DNA of 43,039 bases from Escherichia phage SM_S24. The stretch lies in sequence record PP920554.1. One strand, 5' to 3'. Made by a program: the position numbers and the translations under genes. Positions 1 to 9,230 of the stretch are shown here, one piece after another. The notes under the pieces were generated by a model, which did no database searches, had not been told where the DNA came from, and was given only the letters and a program-made list of their open reading frames with translations. Numbering within the stretch: position 1 is the first letter of the stretch; each line of letters opens with the position of its first letter.

Positions 1-22
1 ATGTTGCCGATGGTCGGCGCAT

Positions 23-595
23 ATGAACAAAAGGGCTTATATCATGGCAGAAATTAAAGTTAAGGGCCGTCGCGCCAAACTGGACGGACGAGTGGCAGTA
101 ACCCCGCGCCGTAAACCAGGCGAGCAAACCGAGCATACCAATCTCGGACCTGAGATCGAGTACGGCAAGCGCCGTAAAGGCGGCAAATGTGGACGCCCTA
201 CTGACTACCGATCTGTTTACTGCGACCAGCTTCGTCGCTATTTTGCCGATGCCGTAGCCTGGCAGGTCAATTACTCCGTTAAAGGCGCTGCGCAGGTAAT
301 CCCTCGCAACAAAATGCCAACCTTCGGCAGATTTGCCGCGGAAATCGGTGTGGGCGTCGCTTGCCTGTATCGCTGGGCGCGCGCACATGAGGAGTTCGCC
401 GAGGCTATGGCGGACGCAATGGAGTTGCAGAAAACTTTCCTGATGGAAGCTGGCGGCGTGACTATCGCGGCAGGCTTCGCGACCTTCCTGCTCAAAGCCA
501 ACCACGGCGTACGCGACGATATCCCACTGGATGACGACGAAGATGATAACGGCGACGTCGTTGTCGAACCTACCGGCAAAGGCCAGGGCGAATAA
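23..595 (+). CDS. terminase small subunit (putative)
   Basis: 190-aa ORF directly upstream of the large terminase with TAATG stop/start overlap at 593-597; in-frame ATG at 44 has a better RBS (AAAGGG) and may be the true start. Confidence 0.55.
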   Translation: MNKRAYIMAEIKVKGRRAKLDGRVAVTPRRKPGEQTEHTNLGPEIEYGKRRKGGKCGRPTDYRSVYCDQLRRYFADAVAWQVNYSVKGAAQVIPRNKMPTFGRFAAEIGVGVACLYRWARAHEEFAEAMADAMELQKTFLMEAGGVTIAAGFATFLLKANHGVRDDIPLDDDEDDNGDVVVEPTGKGQGE

Positions 596-1980
596 TGCGT
601 AACTATGCTGCAGAACACCGCGCACTGGAACGCGCGATCGCGAAGCGCAACCGACCACCGCGCCCGACACGCGTTGCGCAGGCGGTGCGGCTTTACCAGC
701 CTGATTGCCTACCGCACCAGGTCGAACTACTGCGGGACACGAAGACTAAAATCCTCGGCCTGTGTTCCGGCTTCGGCGGCGGCAAGTCATGGGTCGCAGC
801 CCGTAAGGTAATCCAGCTTTTAACCCTGAACCCGGGTCATGATGGCATCGTTACCGAACCGACTATTCCACTCCTGGTTAAAATCATGTATCCGGAATTG
901 GAAAAGGCTTTCGACGAGGCTGGCTTCCGGTGGAAGTTCAACAAGCAGGACAAGATCTATAGCGTTCTGGTGAAAGGCAAATGGACCCGCGTGATCTGTG
1001 AATCAATGGAGAACTATACCCGCCTGATCGGGGTCAACGCCGCGTGGATTGTTGCCGACGAGTTCGACACCACGAAACAAGACGTCGCGCTGGCGGCATA
1101 TCACAAATTGCTAGGTCGTCTGCGTGCGGGCTTCGTCCGCCAGTTCGTCATCGTATCCACGCCTGAAGGCTACCGGGCGATGTATCAAATTTTCGAGGTG
1201 GAGAAGGATAGCCAAAAGCGCCTGATCCGGGCGAAGACCACCGACAACCACCATTTACCGGCAGACTTTATCGACACGCTGCGCAGTCAGTACCCGGCTA
1301 ACCTGATTGATGCGTACCTGAACGGCCTGTTTGTTAACCTTACGTCGGGCGCGGTGTACAAGATGTTCAACCGAGAGGAGAACGCCAGCACCGAAGAAGT
1401 GCAGCCGGACGACACGCTGATTATCGGTATGGACTTTAACGTCACTAAGATGGCGGCGGTTGTGTACGTCAGACGGCAGCGAGTCACCGAGAACAAGGAG
1501 TTCCGCGACGAGATTCACGCGGTGGATGAATTTGTGGACCTGTTTGATACCCCGGCTATGATTGAGGCGATCGAGGAGCGCTACCCCGAACATTGTGCCG
1601 CCGGTCGTGTTGTCGTCTACCCGGATAGCAGCGGCAAATCCCGCAAAACGGTCAACGCGTCGTCGTCCGATATCGCGCAACTGGAAGATGCTGGCTTCGA
1701 GGTGGAGTACGACAGCGTTAACCCACCTGTGAAAGACCGATTGATCGCGATGAATACGATGATGTGCAACTCGAAGGGCGTGCGCCAGTATTTTGTCAAC
1801 CTGGATAAATGCCCTACACTAGCGAAATGTCTGGAACAGCAGGTTTACGACCTGAAGAAAGGCGAGCCGGATAAAACCGCCGGGGTGGACCACATGAACG
1901 ATGCCGCGGGCTATCCAATTGCGCACCTGTTCCCAGTGATTCGCCCAATCGCCGTTGTTCCAACTGTAGACTTCTACTAA
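595..1980 (+). CDS. terL: terminase large subunit
   Basis: 461 aa; Walker A-like GLCSGFGGGKS and Walker B-like WIVADEFD in the N-terminal ATPase region, C-terminal nuclease-like region; precedes portal. Confidence 0.9.
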   Translation: MRNYAAEHRALERAIAKRNRPPRPTRVAQAVRLYQPDCLPHQVELLRDTKTKILGLCSGFGGGKSWVAARKVIQLLTLNPGHDGIVTEPTIPLLVKIMYPELEKAFDEAGFRWKFNKQDKIYSVLVKGKWTRVICESMENYTRLIGVNAAWIVADEFDTTKQDVALAAYHKLLGRLRAGFVRQFVIVSTPEGYRAMYQIFEVEKDSQKRLIRAKTTDNHHLPADFIDTLRSQYPANLIDAYLNGLFVNLTSGAVYKMFNREENASTEEVQPDDTLIIGMDFNVTKMAAVVYVRRQRVTENKEFRDEIHAVDEFVDLFDTPAMIEAIEERYPEHCAAGRVVVYPDSSGKSRKTVNASSSDIAQLEDAGFEVEYDSVNPPVKDRLIAMNTMMCNSKGVRQYFVNLDKCPTLAKCLEQQVYDLKKGEPDKTAGVDHMNDAAGYPIAHLFPVIRPIAVVPTVDFY

Positions 1981-1990
1981 GGAAACGACC

Positions 1991-3511
1991 ATGACCGTTA
2001 ACGTTGATAACCAGCACCCACTTTATGCGCGCATCGCGCCAGAGTGGAAGATGATCCGCGATTGTGTAGCAGGGGAGCGCGCCGTGAAGGCGTGCGGCCC
2101 CTTGTACCTGCCTCATCCCGCCAGTGGCGACAATACGGACCCGAAAGCACGGGCGCGGTATAAGGCGTACAAGCAACGCGCTGTATTCCTGAACGCCACC
2201 GCCCGCACACTTAACGCGCTGTTAGGCGTTGCCTTTGCTAAACCGGTAAGTCTGGACCTTTCCGGGGCGATGGCGGACCTGATTGACGACGTAGACGGTA
2301 GCGGTATGCCGCTACCGCAACTCCTGCGCGGTGCTATGTCTGAAGTTCTGCAATCAGGCCGTGCGGGCTTTATGGTCGACTACGACCGCCAGGCGCATTT
2401 TGATGAACTTGGTAATGTAGTGCCGCAGACAGCCGCCGAGATGGCGTCACACCGCCCGCTTATCCGCCTGTACACGGCAGAACAGATCATCAACTGGCGG
2501 CAGACCCACGGCGTCGATACGCTGATTGTGCTGAAGGAAACGGACGAAATCAGCACCGAAGACCCGGACGATTTCGCAAACCACGAAGTAACAATCTGGA
2601 CCGAGCTTCGCATGATTAACGGTGCGGCACACGCCCGCCGCTGGTTTTACAACGCTGACACGTCCGAAGTGCAAATGGACTTGCCGCGTGGATTCACCCG
2701 CACCGACCTTGTTCCGCTGGTGGATGCTGCCGGTCGTGCGCTTACTCAACTTCCGTTTTGCTGGTGTGGCGCGGTGGACAACAACGCAACGCCTGACGCC
2801 GCTCCGCTGGCGGATATCGCATCCATCAACATTAAGCACTACAACGCCGAAGCGGACGTCGCCGAGATTGCGCACATTGTGGGCCAGCCGACCCTTGTTG
2901 CTACGGGCCTGACTCAATCATGGGCAGACAAAAACCTGAAGGGTGGCATTGCTCTCGGCGCGACTAAGGGCGTTATCCTGGGCCAGAACATGGACGCTAA
3001 ACTTATTCAGGCCGAGGAGCGCAACTTGTCTGTCGCTCTTTGTGAGCGCCGCGAATTGCAAATGGCTAAACTGGGCGCGGCCCTGGTCGAGAAGGGGACC
3101 GCACCTAAGACGGCAACCGAGGCGGCCTATGATGCACAGACTGATAACAGTATCCTGTCACTGATTGCCGGTAACGTCGAGAAGGCTTTCAACCGTGCGC
3201 TGCAAATCGTCAAGCTGTTCACGGGCGACACCGCAGATCAACGCGTAACGCTGAATAAGTTCTACACCGAAATCTCGGTTGACGCACAGCTTATGACCGC
3301 AATGATGGCGGGTGTGCAGACCGGTACGGTCCGTCTGGCGGACTTTATCAAGTGGATGATGGCCCAGGGCGTTATTGATGACTCGCAAACCGTCGAGCAG
3401 GTGGAAGACGAACTGCGAAATCAGAACCCATTGCCTCAAATGTCCCCGGATGCGGTAGAATCTACCGAAGAAGACCAGGGCAAGGTAGCGGACGATGGCG
3501 AGAACAATTAA
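1991..3511 (+). CDS. portal protein
   Basis: 506 aa ORF immediately after terL, RBS AAGGAAA 5 nt before the ATG; assignment by size and synteny. Confidence 0.7.
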   Translation: MTVNVDNQHPLYARIAPEWKMIRDCVAGERAVKACGPLYLPHPASGDNTDPKARARYKAYKQRAVFLNATARTLNALLGVAFAKPVSLDLSGAMADLIDDVDGSGMPLPQLLRGAMSEVLQSGRAGFMVDYDRQAHFDELGNVVPQTAAEMASHRPLIRLYTAEQIINWRQTHGVDTLIVLKETDEISTEDPDDFANHEVTIWTELRMINGAAHARRWFYNADTSEVQMDLPRGFTRTDLVPLVDAAGRALTQLPFCWCGAVDNNATPDAAPLADIASINIKHYNAEADVAEIAHIVGQPTLVATGLTQSWADKNLKGGIALGATKGVILGQNMDAKLIQAEERNLSVALCERRELQMAKLGAALVEKGTAPKTATEAAYDAQTDNSILSLIAGNVEKAFNRALQIVKLFTGDTADQRVTLNKFYTEISVDAQLMTAMMAGVQTGTVRLADFIKWMMAQGVIDDSQTVEQVEDELRNQNPLPQMSPDAVESTEEDQGKVADDGENN

Positions 3512-4598
3512 TCAATATATGGCGGATCGCATGATCCGCCGTCACATCTTCACCCAGCGCCTGAGCAATGACCAGGCGCGGAGGGTGCTGGCTATGTGGG
3601 AGAAGTTCCGGCCCACGTTACTGGGTAAGCTGACCGAGTTACTTGATGGCAAAAAGTCCATGAATAACAAAGCACTTACCACACTGTTAACGCAACTCGA
3701 CAAGACCGTCAAAACGGAACTGCGCACCGAGTTTAAGGCGTTGGCTGAAAGCCTTCAGGAGTTCGCCGACACCGAGGCTGATTATCTCGCCGACACATTA
3801 ACGGCAGCGATCCAGCCGGTGGTCGCCGTACCTGCGGTCGAGGTGGTTGGTGTAGTGACCGGTGCGCAGATCGCAGCGACGGCTATGAAAAACCCGTTCC
3901 AAGGTAATACTATGATGCAATGGCCTGACTCACTTTCTGAGTGGACCAGGACGCAGATCGGTAACCAGGTGCGAGCGGGATTCATCCAGGGCAAGCCAAC
4001 GATGGAAATTATCGCGGACGTGAGGCGCGCGCTAGGCGGTCGTAGTGCGCAAGCTATCTCGAGCGTTGTTAAGTCCGCAGTCAACCACTATGCGGCGACA
4101 GCCCGCGAATTAATGGTAAAAGCTAATGACGATATTCTCGAAGGTCGCCAATGGTTATCTACATTGGACACGCATACTTCTCCCATGTGCCAGCTACGCG
4201 ATCGCCTGTTTTATCCGGTTGATGTTACTCCCGACACCAAAGGAAAGCGCGGCGGGAAAGTGGTGGCTGGGTCACAATATGGCGCTGGTCCGGGCAAGCT
4301 GCATTATTGCTGCCGGTCGACGGAGACGTGGAAAGTTAAGGGCATGGAAGATTGGCCCAGTGGTAAGCGTCCGGCACTGAAGGCTGACGCGGGTAGATTG
4401 CTGAGTGAGCAGGTAGACGCGCAGACTGATTTCTTCTCATGGGTGCAGCGCCAGCCGCGCCATATCCTGGAAGAACTATACGGAGTGCAACGCGCCGACC
4501 AGATTATGCGCGGCGTGAAAGTGCCGAAGATGTTCACCGATTCAGGTGAACTGATGACTATCGCACAGCTTAAAAACCGGGGGTTATGGCGTGATTAA
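3495..4598 (+). CDS. head morphogenesis / minor capsid protein (SPP1 gp7 / Mu F-like position)
   Basis: 367 aa ORF overlapping the portal 3' end; synteny terL-portal-morphogenesis; alternative ATG at 3519. Confidence 0.5.
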   Translation: MARTINQYMADRMIRRHIFTQRLSNDQARRVLAMWEKFRPTLLGKLTELLDGKKSMNNKALTTLLTQLDKTVKTELRTEFKALAESLQEFADTEADYLADTLTAAIQPVVAVPAVEVVGVVTGAQIAATAMKNPFQGNTMMQWPDSLSEWTRTQIGNQVRAGFIQGKPTMEIIADVRRALGGRSAQAISSVVKSAVNHYAATARELMVKANDDILEGRQWLSTLDTHTSPMCQLRDRLFYPVDVTPDTKGKRGGKVVAGSQYGAGPGKLHYCCRSTETWKVKGMEDWPSGKRPALKADAGRLLSEQVDAQTDFFSWVQRQPRHILEELYGVQRADQIMRGVKVPKMFTDSGELMTIAQLKNRGLWRD

Positions 4599-4920
4599 AT
4601 ATGCATCGATTGGACTGGTTATCGGTCTGGCGGTAGGATTCTGGCTAGGTGACTCCTATCGCGCTGGCGTAGTGGCGGAGGCGGCGCAAGAAGCGCAAGC
4701 CAAAGCCCAACGGCAGCAAACTAAAGTTGTGGAGCGCTCCGTGCAGGCCGAACAGGCCCGCGACGTGGAATACCGGACTATCACGAAAGAGGTTGTTAAA
4801 TATGTTACGCGCCCTAACCGCCCTGATTGTAGTTTTGATGCTGAGCGCGTGCGGATCAAGCAACGCGCCGTTGATGCCGCTAACGGAGTCGGCACTGCGA
4901 CCGCCGTGCAAGTTCGATAG
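4591..4920 (+). CDS. i-spanin (Rz-like)
   Basis: 109 aa, GTG start with GGGGG RBS; N-terminal TM helix SIGLVIGLAVGFWLG then Ala/Gln-rich helical region; contains the embedded lipoprotein gene in the +1 frame. Confidence 0.6.
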   Translation: MIKYASIGLVIGLAVGFWLGDSYRAGVVAEAAQEAQAKAQRQQTKVVERSVQAEQARDVEYRTITKEVVKYVTRPNRPDCSFDAERVRIKQRAVDAANGVGTATAVQVR

Positions 4921-5032
4921 CCCGTCCGCAGACCCCGACGAGGATTTGATGATTGACGTGAAAAATATGGAATGCGGGGCGAAGCTAAGGGCGCAGGTGC
5001 TGGAGTTGCAGCAAATAATTAAGGGGCCGTAA
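4802..5032 (+). CDS. o-spanin (Rz1-like) outer-membrane lipoprotein
   Basis: 76 aa from ATG 4802 (RBS AAGAGG); signal peptide MLRALTALIVVLMLSAC with lipobox LSAC, Pro-rich mature part; starts inside Rz in another frame and runs past its stop (overlapped architecture). Confidence 0.65.
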   Translation: MLRALTALIVVLMLSACGSSNAPLMPLTESALRPPCKFDSPSADPDEDLMIDVKNMECGAKLRAQVLELQQIIKGP

Positions 5033-5573
5033 TGGCCCCTTTTTCGTTAGCGCGGAATACCGCACGGCAGCGTGGCTTATAGATCGGCAGCGATTTTCCG
5101 TCCTCGTCCACTTCACACACTGAAGCCAACATAACTGTCTCGAACCCCGGAACGATATCGCCGAGATCAGGCGAGAGCTTATTCATATATTTCTCTTCCC
5201 AGTATCCGCGATGTACGCGGTATTGGCGACCGTCACCGCTCAAGGACAAGATGCGAACATTGCCGCCTGCGTTGATTTCAAAGGTGGCGTCGTAAACGCT
5301 GCCGATACCCTTCGGGCGATCTGTGTCATAGCGATATGTTGCCTTGTTGGTGTATACGCTGACGCTGTACATCTGCGACTGGTCGTCGCGGATTGCCTTG
5401 ATATGCTCGCGGAGCGCTGCGAACGTGCGAATGCCTTCCGGCATACAGTCAAGCGTGATTGCGTACGCCAGATCGCGTGAGTCCATCATGATTTGTTTGG
5501 CTTCGGTTGCGATTTCGTGGTCGCGCAGGATGTTAGCCAGAATCTGATTTTTAATGACTTTAGTAAGTCTCAT
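5019..5573 (-). CDS. hypothetical protein (reverse-strand moron in head module)
   Basis: 184 aa from ATG at 5573 (RBS GAGGA, 7-nt spacer); the longer track ORF 5019..6020 is an N-terminal extension antisense to the scaffold gene; own promoter-like boxes upstream and terminator hairpin at its 3' end. Confidence 0.55.
   Translation of the reverse strand: MRLTKVIKNQILANILRDHEIATEAKQIMMDSRDLAYAITLDCMPEGIRTFAALREHIKAIRDDQSQMYSVSVYTNKATYRYDTDRPKGIGSVYDATFEINAGGNVRILSLSGDGRQYRVHRGYWEEKYMNKLSPDLGDIVPGFETVMLASVCEVDEDGKSLPIYKPRCRAVFRANEKGAITAP
5023..5044. terminator. bidirectional intrinsic terminator between Rz1 and the reverse-strand moron
   Basis: GGGGCC-GTAAT-GGCCCC followed by TTTTT; overlaps the last codons of both convergent genes. 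Confidence 0.6.
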
Positions 5574-5602
5574 TTTTGTGTCCTCGTTGTTGGTGTGCAA
5601 CC

Positions 5603-5631
5603 AATATATGCAACCAATACACGGATTGCAA
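5603..5631 (-). promoter_or_regulatory. sigma70-like promoter for the head-module moron, overlapping TGCAACCAAT boxes
   Basis: minus strand reads TTGCAA-17 nt-TATATT; spacer holds ATTGGTTGCA and a second copy lies just downstream. Confidence 0.45.
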
Positions 5632-5721
5632 GCTAATTTTGCGATTATTTTTATCGCTGATAATATTAGAAGCGTGAAGTCGAGCGGGTGGCCTGCTCTG
5701 CCACAATCCCAGGGGGATAGC

Positions 5722-6426
5722 ATGAAACTTACTAAAGCAGAATATGACGCGTTGCCGGAAGGTATGAAGGCGCTTTTTGTTGCCGATGGCGACGGGTATA
5801 AATCAACATTCATGACCGCCGAAGAAGTACAGGCGGAGATCAAGGGTCTGAAAGACAACAACGCTAAGCTGGTTAGCGAGAAGAAAGCAGAAGCTGAACG
5901 CCGCGCCGAAGCCGAGCGCCTTGCGAAAGAGAAAGAGGAAGCCGCCGCGCGCAAAAATGGCGACCTCGAAGCGATCGATAAGTCCTGGAAAGATAAGTTT
6001 GCAAAACACGAAGCAGACACATCGGGAAAAATCGAAGCCTACCGCAAGCAGATCCACGATCTCACCATCGGCAGCGCTGCCAAAGACCTGGCATCGAAGC
6101 TGTTCGGTAAGAATGCGGGCATCATGCAACGTCACGTTATGGACCGCCTGACGCTGGAAGACGGCGAAGACGGCAGCTTGAAAGTGCGTGTATTGCAGGA
6201 TGGCAAACCGTCCGCGCTGACTATGGAAGAGCTTGAAAAAGAGTTCCGTAATAACGCCGATTTTGCATCCGTCCTGGCTGGCACGCCAGCCGGTGGCGCA
6301 CCTAGCAAACCGACGCAGGTTGTCGAAGATGTGAAGTCGAAAATCACTATGGGCCACAGCTTCGGTATCACTGACCTTACGAAACAGGCAGGTGAAATCA
6401 TCGCTAAGATGGGCGACGACGAGTAA
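5722..6426 (+). CDS. scaffolding protein
   Basis: 234 aa from ATG 5722 (RBS AGGGGG); charged Ala/Glu/Lys-rich helical sequence (EKKAEAERRAEAERLAKEKEEAAARK); directly upstream of the major capsid gene. Confidence 0.6.
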   Translation: MKLTKAEYDALPEGMKALFVADGDGYKSTFMTAEEVQAEIKGLKDNNAKLVSEKKAEAERRAEAERLAKEKEEAAARKNGDLEAIDKSWKDKFAKHEADTSGKIEAYRKQIHDLTIGSAAKDLASKLFGKNAGIMQRHVMDRLTLEDGEDGSLKVRVLQDGKPSALTMEELEKEFRNNADFASVLAGTPAGGAPSKPTQVVEDVKSKITMGHSFGITDLTKQAGEIIAKMGDDE

Positions 6427-6523
6427 GCAGATTGCCCGCGAAAGCGGGCAATTTTGCGAGCGCGTAAATCTAAGGTAACATTAACGTCACTGGGCGAATG
6501 CTCACAACTCAAAGGATTTCGAT

Positions 6524-7618
6524 ATGTCTTTAACAGTGTTCCAGCGTAAACTCGTTACCGCGGTTACGCAAATGATCCCCGACAACCTGAACGTGTTCAA
6601 CGCCGCCGCCAATGGCGCTGTTGTTCTCGGTACTGGTGAAGTGCTGAAGGATGTTATTGAGAAAATGTCCGTAGGCTTGATCGCCAACCTCGTTACCGAC
6701 CGTAACGCCTACGCCCCTGTCGGCACTCCGGCAACCGCGAAAGTTCTGGCGCGTATGCTGACCAACTCGGTTAACCTTTCCGCAAAAGTGGGTCCGGTAG
6801 CAATCACTAAGGCTATGATGGCTAAGATCGAAACCAACGTTAACAGCGTTGCGGCTGAGATTGCGGCACAGGCTACTCAAGCGATTATGCTGCACTACCT
6901 GAAAGCTGGTATCGGCGCAAGTAAAGCGGCGATCGAAAGCAACGCAGCGGCAAAATACACCCAACCGGCGCGCGTTGACGGCGTTGGCGGTCGTACCTTC
7001 CCGACCCTGGCAGACTTCCCGCTGGCGGCTTCTAAGTTCGGCGATCAGGCGTCTTTGATTAAGTCCTGGTTTATGGACGGCGTTACCTGGGCAAACTTCA
7101 TTGCGTACCAGGCACTCCCTTCCGCTGAACAGGTATTCGCAATTGGCGATCTACAGGTAATGGGTGATGGCCTGGGCCGTCGATTCATTATCTCCGATGC
7201 CGCTGCCGATGCTATGGGTGCTGGTAACATGCTGGGTCTGGTTCCTGGCGCGGTTGCAGTTACCACCAACGGCCTCGATATGCTGGCGCAGGAGAAAGGC
7301 GGTAACGAGAACATCGAACGCTGGTGGCAGGGCGAGTTCGACTTCAACGTGGCCGTTAAAGGCTACCGTCTGAAGGCGTCCGCTCGTACCCCGATCGAAG
7401 GTGTGCGCTCGTTCAAACTGGACGATATTACCACTTCCGCTAACTGGGAACTGGACCAAGGCCAGGTAGACAACGCACCGGCAACCGTGCAGGACGTTGG
7501 TGGTGATAGCGACACTAAAGGCCGCCGCCGTACACAGACCGCGCAGGCAGTGCCGACCCGTCACATCAAGGAAACGGCTGGCGTACTGGTTACGCTGACT
7601 GCGACTACCGCGTCTTAA
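6524..7618 (+). CDS. major capsid protein
   Basis: 364 aa, RBS AAAGGA; follows scaffold and is followed by a strong intrinsic terminator, the usual arrangement for the most highly expressed head gene. Confidence 0.8.
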   Translation: MSLTVFQRKLVTAVTQMIPDNLNVFNAAANGAVVLGTGEVLKDVIEKMSVGLIANLVTDRNAYAPVGTPATAKVLARMLTNSVNLSAKVGPVAITKAMMAKIETNVNSVAAEIAAQATQAIMLHYLKAGIGASKAAIESNAAAKYTQPARVDGVGGRTFPTLADFPLAASKFGDQASLIKSWFMDGVTWANFIAYQALPSAEQVFAIGDLQVMGDGLGRRFIISDAAADAMGAGNMLGLVPGAVAVTTNGLDMLAQEKGGNENIERWWQGEFDFNVAVKGYRLKASARTPIEGVRSFKLDDITTSANWELDQGQVDNAPATVQDVGGDSDTKGRRRTQTAQAVPTRHIKETAGVLVTLTATTAS

Positions 7619-7634
7619 CGGGCGCAAATCCCAA

Positions 7635-7661
7635 AGGGGCGGGCTTATGCCCGCCTTTTTT
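7635..7661 (+). terminator. intrinsic terminator after the major capsid gene
   Basis: AGGGGCGGGC-TTAT-GCCCGCC followed by TTTTTT. Confidence 0.7.
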
Positions 7662-7676
7662 ATAGGAGTGAATGAA

Positions 7677-8177
7677 ATGTATGGCGACCCGCAAACATTT
7701 GTCGATTATGCCGCGGCGCGAGGCGTTGAAGTCACGCTGAGCGATGCAACGCGACACCTCACCGTCGTTAATGACTTCCTGAACGGCATCAACTGGATCG
7801 GCGAACCCGCAGACCAGACAGGCATCGACGCATGGCCCCGCATCAATTACCCATCGGACGGTAAACCGGTGCGCGACACGCTCACTGAAGTTGTGTCGGT
7901 AGTTCCTGCGTGGCAGATCGTAGACTTTGCGTCAATCCCCGTTGCCGTTGAACAAGCTGTTTACCGGCTGGCGCTGTTGGTGTCTGACGAGGTCGATATT
8001 TCTCCTGTCGGCAGTGGTAAGGAGACTATCCGTGAGACTGTTGGCCCGATCACGATGGAATATGACCCTGCGACGATTGGTAGCGGTGTCTCGTTCCCGT
8101 GGTGGGATGGCTTGCTGGGCCACTGGATTGACTCCGACGGCAACGCAGCGGGTAATTTTGACGTATTCCGGGGGTGA
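7677..8177 (+). CDS. head-tail connector / adaptor protein (putative)
   Basis: 166 aa from ATG 7677 (RBS AGGAG, 7-nt spacer); the track start at 7647 lies inside the terminator hairpin; position between capsid and tail genes. Confidence 0.4.
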   Translation: MYGDPQTFVDYAAARGVEVTLSDATRHLTVVNDFLNGINWIGEPADQTGIDAWPRINYPSDGKPVRDTLTEVVSVVPAWQIVDFASIPVAVEQAVYRLALLVSDEVDISPVGSGKETIRETVGPITMEYDPATIGSGVSFPWWDGLLGHWIDSDGNAAGNFDVFRG

Positions 8178-8178
8178 T

Positions 8179-8295
8179 ATGAATCCTGCATTACTGGCGG
8201 CTATTATCGCCGCAAATACTAAACGCCAACCAGAACCGGAGCCAGCACCAGAACCAGAACCACCGGTACAGGAGGATGATAATGGCGGGCTTTAA
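8179..8295 (+). CDS. small Pro/Glu-rich hypothetical protein
   Basis: 38 aa (MNPALLAAIIAANTKRQPEPEPAPEPEPPVQEDDNGGL), ATG 1 nt after the upstream stop; may not be a real gene. Confidence 0.25.
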   Translation: MNPALLAAIIAANTKRQPEPEPAPEPEPPVQEDDNGGL

Positions 8296-8635
8296 TTACG
8301 CAGGATTAAAGCGGAAAGTCAATCCGCTGATTAAAAAGTTCGGCATGACGGCTACGGTGACGCGCCCAGGTACAGTCGATCGCGTAGACGGCAACGAAGT
8401 AGTAATCCCTCCGTCCTCGTTTGACGTCATCGGACTTCGCGAGGAGTACAAGCCAAGCGAGATCGACGGTACGCGTATCGTTGCCGGGGATGTGAAGTTT
8501 TTGTGCCAGGCCATCAAGCAGGTAAAGGTCGGCGATTTGGTTAGCCTGAACGGCACTGACTACCGGGTTATCAATCCAAACCCGCTGCAACCGGCTGGCG
8601 CGACCATGCTGTTTCAACTACAGCTAAGGGGGTAA
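8282..8635 (+). CDS. head-tail joining / neck protein (putative)
   Basis: 117 aa from ATG 8282 (RBS GGAGG, 6-nt spacer); position in the neck gene block. Confidence 0.4.
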   Translation: MAGFNYAGLKRKVNPLIKKFGMTATVTRPGTVDRVDGNEVVIPPSSFDVIGLREEYKPSEIDGTRIVAGDVKFLCQAIKQVKVGDLVSLNGTDYRVINPNPLQPAGATMLFQLQLRG

Positions 8636-8636
8636 C

Positions 8637-9230
8637 GTGGCTGAGGTCTACTCATTCGCCGCCACTATTGCTACGTGGGTGGATAAGACGAAGGAAAACA
8701 ACGATAAGGCGGTGCGGGCGTACGGGATGCAAATACTCGGACGCCTTATTGAGATCTCCCCGGTGGGCGACCCTCGCAGGTGGAAAATTAACAGGGCTTA
8801 CGCGCTGGCCCGCCAGCACGCGAACAAGGTGAACGCCGCGCAGCGTCGCAAGAATGGTGGCAAACTGAAGCGCGGGCAGAAAAAGCACGCCAGCGTCCTC
8901 GTCTCGTTCAAAACTAAAAACGGCAATGTGACATTCCGCCAGCGTGGCTGGGCCGCGAAGAATTACACCGGCGGGCGCTTCCGTGGTAACTGGCAGGTTA
9001 CGTTCGATCGCCCGGCTGTCGGCGCTATTGATCGCGTTGACAAGGCCGGAACGGCAACATTAGCCGCGGGGCGTGAAGTGCTGGCGCATTACGATTCGAG
9101 TGAATACGGGTCGATCTGGTTTACTAACAACGTGCCATACGCGCAGCGACTTGAGTATGGCTGGAGTAAACAAGCGCCCGCGGGGATTGTTCGCGTCGTA
9201 GCGGCAGAAATTAATTCGAAGGTGAAATAA
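8637..9230 (+). CDS. neck/tail component, HK97 gp10-like (putative)
   Basis: 197 aa, GTG start with RBS AAGGGGG; C-terminal YGSIWFTNNVPYAQRLEYG segment recalls HK97 gp10-type proteins; synteny. Confidence 0.45.
   Translation: MAEVYSFAATIATWVDKTKENNDKAVRAYGMQILGRLIEISPVGDPRRWKINRAYALARQHANKVNAAQRRKNGGKLKRGQKKHASVLVSFKTKNGNVTFRQRGWAAKNYTGGRFRGNWQVTFDRPAVGAIDRVDKAGTATLAAGREVLAHYDSSEYGSIWFTNNVPYAQRLEYGWSKQAPAGIVRVVAAEINSKVK

Noticed and set aside
5574-6020. N-terminal 149 residues of track ORF 5019..6020 (minus strand)
   Set aside because: This part is antisense to the scaffold gene, is Ser/Ala-rich low complexity typical of GC-rich antisense frames, and a good ATG with RBS exists at 5573; only the 184-aa C-terminal part is called.
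7647-7676. Track start codon at 7647 for the head-tail connector gene
   Set aside because: That ATG sits in the loop of the capsid-gene terminator hairpin with no RBS; the in-frame ATG at 7677 has an AGGAG 7 nt upstream.
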